Positions 58,766-64,000 of a DNA stretch of 64,000 nucleotides are shown here, piece by piece. Source of the stretch: a virus. The stretch lies in IMG/VR virus record IMGVR_UViG_3300028588_000820. One strand, given 5' to 3'. Numbering within the stretch: position 1 is the first letter of the stretch; each line of letters starts with the position of its first letter. The translations under genes and the position numbers were made by a program. The notes under the pieces are model-generated. The model did not search any database and had not been told where the DNA came from. It was given only the letters and a program-made list of their open reading frames with translations.

Positions 58766-59011
58766 ATGACTACTGAAACCACCCAAAACGTCGTTACCAT
58801 CAACGGCAAAGAGTACGAAATCGCCAATCTGTCTGACACTGCAAAAAGTCTGCTGCAGATTTTTAACCAGTGGCAGAACGAGCGTGATGAATCAGCCACC
58901 GCCCTAACCAAGGCGAAGGTTGAGCTGGCAAAGAACGAGGCAGCACTACGTGACTTGTCCCGCGAAATCGTCGAGCTAATCGAGAACGAAGAAGCCGCAC
59001 CAGCTGCCTAA
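58766..59011 (+). CDS. Small conserved coiled-coil protein
   Basis: VTINGKEYEI..LSD.AK; AAGGA SD. Confidence 0.75.
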   Translation: MTTETTQNVVTINGKEYEIANLSDTAKSLLQIFNQWQNERDESATALTKAKVELAKNEAALRDLSREIVELIENEEAAPAA

Positions 59012-59029
59012 TCATTTCGTCGATTAAAG

Positions 59030-59056
59030 AAAGGAGGCCAATTGGCCTCCTTTTTT
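59030..59056 (+). terminator. Intrinsic terminator
   Basis: AAGGAGGCC-AATT-GGCCTCCTTTTTT. Confidence 0.85.
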
Positions 59057-59098
59057 CGTATCCGATAAATATTCGTGAACCCATACATAGACATCATC

Positions 59099-60838
59099 AT
59101 GCCATCACAATCATTTAAAGATTATCTCGACGACAACGATTACAAGCCAACGCTGAAATCAAAGTCTAAGTCGATCGAATACCTAGAAGACCTCAGCGTC
59201 AAAGACTTCATCGATGCTATCCGCAATCTTCACAAAAGCATCGTGGCCGAAAAGCTAGACGGTACCGCATTGACATTCGGTCTTGACGATGATGGCGAGT
59301 TTTATACCACTCGCTCTGGCAAAGGCAGTTCGGACAAGCTATGCTACAAAGCTGCTGACTGGGGCATCTCCGCCGCATCGAATGGCTTCAAGGCCACTCA
59401 CGCTGCGTTGAAGAAGCATTTGGAAACCATTAAGACGGTGATGCAACCAGGTGAAGCGATGGACGTGGAAATCATGTTCGGTCGTCAACCAAATACCATC
59501 GTCTACGGCCTCGATGGCTACAACTACATCGCGTTCCTCAAATCCACTCCGGGCACCAATAAAGAATTGAAGGTCGATCAAAAGAAAGTCAAGAAGCTTT
59601 TCAACAAGCTGAAGGATGAAACTTCTGACGTCCGCACTATCAACGTCGATACAACCGATGGCGAGAACCTGGTCCAAGCACCGACTGTCACCAATTGGAA
59701 ATTTACCACCCCAGAATTCATTGACACTAAGCACTTCGAAGACTCTGACGTTAAGGCAGAACTCGAAAAGCTTGAGAAGTTTCTCAACAAGAGAAATGAC
59801 AAGATGTCTGACATTCTAAATCGTGATGTCACCAACTTCGAAGCGGCTCAAGTCCCATTGACCGATGTTCGTACTGCAATTCGCAGTCAAGCTAAAGCAG
59901 CAAAAGAGGACATCAACGATGCGATCATGAACAAATACAAGTTGCCAATCAAGCAGACATTGCTTGACAAATTTGTCCGTACGGTGAAGCCACGTTTGCA
60001 AGATCGCGATGTTGAGCCAGCGGAAGACTTGGGCATGGAAGGTATTGTCGTTCTTGATCCTAAGACACAGAAACAGTTCAAGATCGTAGACAAAGAAACC
60101 TTCACCACTTTGAACCGTTTCAACTACGAGGTCCGCAATAACATTCGTGGCGTTGTTCGCTCCGAAGATGAAGATGCTCCATTGAACCTGCGTGGCGGTT
60201 TGCTCGGCACTGCTAAGATTCGCATCGCTCGCTTGTTCAACATGCCAGGTCTCGGCAAAGGTTACACCACTAAGAAGGTCATCGCGAAGTTCAAAGGCGC
60301 TAATGCTGATGAGACTGTTGCAAACCTAGCACAATCGCTACAAGATGCTGATTGGAGAGCTTACAAGGAAAAGATCAACGCGATTATCGTTGACACTTTG
60401 AAAGAGCTTCAAGAGGCATTGGATAACTTCAAAGAGAATTTCCACGATTACAAAGTCAAGTTGGAAAGCGGTAAAGAAGTTGGCTACACACAAGAGGTTG
60501 TTCGTCGTACACTTCTAGTGTTTGCCGAGACTCGTCAATCTTTGAAGCGTATGCAAAGCAAGATCGACGAAGCTCAGGGCATGGAAGACATCATCGTCGG
60601 TATGTTCGGCAAATCGATTAAGCAACTATTCGGTGACACGCCTGAGGCCGGAGAGGACTCAATCACCGAAGATGAAGGTGGAGCTGGAGAACCAGTCGGT
60701 ACCGTCTCCCCTTTGGGCCCTGGTACGTTCAGCGGTGCCATTGCTCCACTACCGAAGCGTTTGTTCCCTGGCAAGATGATCCGTCGCATTGTCAAGACCG
60801 GCGTGAAGGTAAAGCGCAAAAAGAAGTCAAATAAATAA
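59099..60838 (+). CDS. Late protein with RNA/DNA-ligase-type nucleotidyltransferase motifs
   Basis: EKLDG, EGIVV, FKIVDK; GATAAATA at 59064. Confidence 0.6.
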   Translation: MPSQSFKDYLDDNDYKPTLKSKSKSIEYLEDLSVKDFIDAIRNLHKSIVAEKLDGTALTFGLDDDGEFYTTRSGKGSSDKLCYKAADWGISAASNGFKATHAALKKHLETIKTVMQPGEAMDVEIMFGRQPNTIVYGLDGYNYIAFLKSTPGTNKELKVDQKKVKKLFNKLKDETSDVRTINVDTTDGENLVQAPTVTNWKFTTPEFIDTKHFEDSDVKAELEKLEKFLNKRNDKMSDILNRDVTNFEAAQVPLTDVRTAIRSQAKAAKEDINDAIMNKYKLPIKQTLLDKFVRTVKPRLQDRDVEPAEDLGMEGIVVLDPKTQKQFKIVDKETFTTLNRFNYEVRNNIRGVVRSEDEDAPLNLRGGLLGTAKIRIARLFNMPGLGKGYTTKKVIAKFKGANADETVANLAQSLQDADWRAYKEKINAIIVDTLKELQEALDNFKENFHDYKVKLESGKEVGYTQEVVRRTLLVFAETRQSLKRMQSKIDEAQGMEDIIVGMFGKSIKQLFGDTPEAGEDSITEDEGGAGEPVGTVSPLGPGTFSGAIAPLPKRLFPGKMIRRIVKTGVKVKRKKKSNK

Positions 60839-60866
60839 CCCAATAAACTGGATAACGGAGTCCACT

Positions 60867-61754
60867 ATGGATTTTCTAAAAGAACTACTATCACTAAAAG
60901 AACAAGAACCCGAAAAGGCAGTGTCAGCATCAGACGTTAAAGTCGATGACGAAGTCCATGCACAATTGGATGGCGCTGCAAAAGAGGATGACATGGATGC
61001 TCAATGCTTCGGCCTCGAAATGGAGGACGGCAAAGTCGTTAAGGTCTACGTCAAGCAGGAAGATGCTGAGGAATTCGAAGAAGCAATGTCGAAACGCCTT
61101 GGTGAAGACGATGACATCGAAACTGCCCTAGAAGAGCTTGGCAAAGACTTCGAAATCCTTGACATCAAATGGCCAGACGAAGAGTCGGAAGATGAGGAAT
61201 CTGAAGATGAGGAAAATGAAGACGGCGGCGAATCCCTAAACCCAGACGTCAATTATGACGACACTGAAGAGGAAGAACCAAAGCAAGAACAACGTCTATC
61301 ACTTGGCCAACGTTTCGCAAAACGTCTAACTGAATTGAAGTGGTCGGATGAAGACTCAAGCGAATACGAACGTGCTCGCAACGAAGCTAATCCACGCGGT
61401 AAGGAAGATGAAGAAGCTGAAGGCGATGAAGAAATTCCTGATGTTGACGATGATCCTCGTGCTCCAAAGCCAGAGGCTCCTCAAGCAACTAAGTCTTCGT
61501 GGAAGATCGACAAAGACGAGAAGGGTGGCATGGCAATCGGTAATGATCGCTTCTCCATCGAGCTCGACGACAGCGAAACAATGGAACTGATGAATGCAAT
61601 CACTGACAAGAAAATTGCACGCTTCAAAAACGAACATGGCAAAGTGGTGTACGTGTTTACACCAAAAGGCTCTGAATACATTTTGAAAACGCCAGAATAC
61701 CAAGGCGGTTTCAGACTACCAAAGGACGTCGTGGATCAAATCCTAGACAACTAA
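60867..61754 (+). CDS. Acidic late protein (possible head core/internal protein)
   Basis: AATAAATA at 60830; GGAG SD; MDFLKELLSLKE. Confidence 0.65.
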   Translation: MDFLKELLSLKEQEPEKAVSASDVKVDDEVHAQLDGAAKEDDMDAQCFGLEMEDGKVVKVYVKQEDAEEFEEAMSKRLGEDDDIETALEELGKDFEILDIKWPDEESEDEESEDEENEDGGESLNPDVNYDDTEEEEPKQEQRLSLGQRFAKRLTELKWSDEDSSEYERARNEANPRGKEDEEAEGDEEIPDVDDDPRAPKPEAPQATKSSWKIDKDEKGGMAIGNDRFSIELDDSETMELMNAITDKKIARFKNEHGKVVYVFTPKGSEYILKTPEYQGGFRLPKDVVDQILDN

Positions 61755-61755
61755 G

Positions 61756-62412
61756 ATGGACAAGTTTAACTATCCGAACATTGATACTGTCAACTACAAT
61801 GGACAGCGCTGGTACTCATGTGAGGAGGGTGTTGCGTACCCAAGTATCACGACGATTCTTGGGTTCACAATGCCAGAAGAAAAGAAGAAGAGCTTAGAGA
61901 ACTGGCGTACAATGTTGGGCCCAATCGTCGCTGAAAAGAAGATGAAGCAGGCTACGACACGTGGTACGCACGTTCACGAAATGCTCGAACAGTTCCTCAA
62001 AGGTGAGCCGGTCAAAACGGCTGGCATTCCACCAGAGGACATCGATGTCTTCAACTCACTCAAACTAAGCCTTCGTGGCATCACAGAAATCTACGGCCAA
62101 GAGATGGCCTTGTACTCTGACGTTTTGCAAGTTGCAGGCCGTTGTGACTTGGCTGGACGTTGGAAGGGTGAAGAAGCGATCATCGACTTCAAAACATCCG
62201 GTCGCTTCAAAGAAGAAAAAGAGATTCAAGACTATTGGGTCCAATGTGCATTTTATGCACTAGCTCACAATGAACAGTACGGAACGAACATCGAGAAGGG
62301 CGTGATCCTAATGGGTGTTGCTGGTGGCCTACCACAAGTCTTCGTAAAGGACTTGATGCCATATGTTTCGATCCTAGTTGAGCGAATCGAGAAATTCTAC
62401 AATTCACTGTAA
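61756..62412 (+). CDS. PD-(D/E)xK exonuclease (Cas4/RecB-like)
   Basis: YPSITTIL, RGT.VH, AGRCD, IIDFKTS, Q..FY. Confidence 0.88.
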   Translation: MDKFNYPNIDTVNYNGQRWYSCEEGVAYPSITTILGFTMPEEKKKSLENWRTMLGPIVAEKKMKQATTRGTHVHEMLEQFLKGEPVKTAGIPPEDIDVFNSLKLSLRGITEIYGQEMALYSDVLQVAGRCDLAGRWKGEEAIIDFKTSGRFKEEKEIQDYWVQCAFYALAHNEQYGTNIEKGVILMGVAGGLPQVFVKDLMPYVSILVERIEKFYNSL

Positions 62413-62465
62413 AAATCCTTTTTTGGACGGTGAAAGATAAATATAAGTACCTATAGGAAAAAATC

Positions 62466-62903
62466 ATGTCAAAACAAACTCTAAATGAAGCAACCCTCCT
62501 AGCTCCAGTGTTCAACGGCTCTGACGAAGAAGTTGTCGCTGCTACCCAAGCGTGGTCATCGGTCATCTCAAGCTTGACCTACGCTTGCGGTCCATCATAT
62601 GGCATCGGCGGCACCATTCAAATGTCCGCAGAGAATAAGCGTGCATTGCTAGTCGCGATGCAAGCGTATTTGACCTCGAAGATGGATGAAGTCAACAACG
62701 TGACTACCCCTCCAGTTCCAGCTCCGACCGTTCCATTCGTTCCTCCAGTTGTCGCTGTTCCGACCGACCAATGCCCGACCGAGATCGAAATCTCCTACGA
62801 GCAGAAGGAAGAACAAAAACAACCAGTGAAAGAATCAGTGAGCCCGGCACTAAAGCGTATGCTTGAGCTAGCTCGTATTCCACACTCTGGCAACTACGTA
62901 TAA
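62466..62903 (+). CDS. Hypothetical late protein
   Basis: GATAAATA at 62436; MSKQTLNE; RMLELA tail. Confidence 0.65.
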   Translation: MSKQTLNEATLLAPVFNGSDEEVVAATQAWSSVISSLTYACGPSYGIGGTIQMSAENKRALLVAMQAYLTSKMDEVNNVTTPPVPAPTVPFVPPVVAVPTDQCPTEIEISYEQKEEQKQPVKESVSPALKRMLELARIPHSGNYV

Positions 62904-62912
62904 GAGGATCAC

Positions 62913-64000
62913 ATGCGAATTGGCGTACTAACAGAAGAACCAAAGAACGAAGACGTCGCCATTGCTTTGAAAGAAGCCGGTGAAAAGTTAGGTGCGGAGA
63001 TTGTTATCATCGACCTCAACGAATGTGCCGTCGTGAACAACGCTGAACCTCTAGTCCTTTATCAAGGCAAGCCACTAGACAATCTTGACGCTTGTCTAGT
63101 GCGTGGCTCTGAAAGTAAGTTGGAGTTCCGTACTCACATCGTCGACTACTTGACCAAGCAAGGCGTTCGCATGATCAACAAATCAGATGCGATCAAGATT
63201 TGCGACAACAAGTTCGCGACTCAATCGCTACTGAACGGCATCGGCGTTAAGACTCCAAAGACCGTGACCGTTGTTCAGATCGAACAGCTTGATGCAGCAG
63301 TCGCCTACATCGGTGACAAGTTCCCTATGATCGTGAAGACCGTTTCGGGTTCGCACGGCGTTGGTGTTATCAAAGTTGAATCATATGAAAGCTTGAAGTC
63401 AATCACCCAGTACTTGCTAGCTGAGAAGACTGATCTAATGGTTCAAGAATTTATTCCGCATAAGGAATCAGGCCGCATCATGATTCTTGGTGACAAGATT
63501 GTGGCTGCAGTGATGCGTACCATTCCAGACGGAGACTTCCGTTCAAACATGGATCAAGGCGCAGAACTAAAGAAGCACACTGCGACCGACATGGAAACAG
63601 AAATTGCGTTGAAGGTATCTAAGGCACTAGGCTGCGAACTATCGGCAATCGACTACATCATGGACGAAGGCGGCGAAATGGTTATCTTCGAAGCCAATAG
63701 CTCACCAGGCTTGAAAGGCATCCAAAGCGTGAACGAGGAAATCGACATTGCTAAGGAAATCATGACCTTCATCGTTGGCAACAACGCAGTCGCATCAGCA
63801 CCAAACGATGTTGACTTGACTAAAGGCCCAGCGGTAGTTTCCACTGAGAAATCAGAAGAGGAAGAAGAGGAAGAAAAGAAGAAGCCTGGCTACATCGCGA
63901 TCGAAGTGCCAAGTGACGTAGAGATGAAATCAGGCGCCGCTGGGGACGTTAGTGGTGAAGGCAATGATGAATCAGGTTCGAAAGACGAAGAAAGTGCCCA
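62913..64000 (+). CDS. RimK-like ATP-grasp ligase (runs off the window; not in ORF track)
   Basis: Read by hand: MRIGVL..., DNKF, FPMIVKT.SGSHGVGV, VQEFI, DFRSN..QG, FEANSSPGLKGI; GAGG SD. Confidence 0.88.
   Translation, partial: MRIGVLTEEPKNEDVAIALKEAGEKLGAEIVIIDLNECAVVNNAEPLVLYQGKPLDNLDACLVRGSESKLEFRTHIVDYLTKQGVRMINKSDAIKICDNKFATQSLLNGIGVKTPKTVTVVQIEQLDAAVAYIGDKFPMIVKTVSGSHGVGVIKVESYESLKSITQYLLAEKTDLMVQEFIPHKESGRIMILGDKIVAAVMRTIPDGDFRSNMDQGAELKKHTATDMETEIALKVSKALGCELSAIDYIMDEGGEMVIFEANSSPGLKGIQSVNEEIDIAKEIMTFIVGNNAVASAPNDVDLTKGPAVVSTEKSEEEEEEEKKKPGYIAIEVPSDVEMKSGAAGDVSGEGNDESGSKDEESA

Overview
This window is a gene-dense, almost entirely + strand segment of a large T4-like (probably jumbo) phage genome. 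SmpB and DnaJ sequences suggest a betaproteobacterial host (inference). It carries replication genes (topoisomerase II subunits, family B DNA polymerase, probable clamp, RNase H/flap nuclease, primase, two helicase-like genes) and nucleotide-metabolism genes: ThyA plus a second, dCMP-type TS-family enzyme in a likely cytosine-modification cluster. It also encodes an RNA ligase, two DnaJ proteins, ClpP, PhoH, a CobS/CobT pair, SmpB and RimK. Interspersed genes follow T4-like late promoters. Main observations: (1) the helicase-like gene at 56884-58749 has an N-terminal ~320 aa made of a string of short signature motifs from unrelated conserved phage proteins (SSB, PolB, vWA, RNR, RecA, major capsid, topoisomerase, exonuclease), and a shorter string of the same kind ends the nucleotidyltransferase at 29768-30937; (2) a circularly permuted two-piece tmRNA (tag ANDNSFRVAA) occurs together with phage SmpB and ClpP; (3) several large structured intergenic RNA candidates are present; (4) a recurrent CAAAAATAAT element sits before many start codons. 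All family assignments come from recognising motifs by eye; no searches were run.
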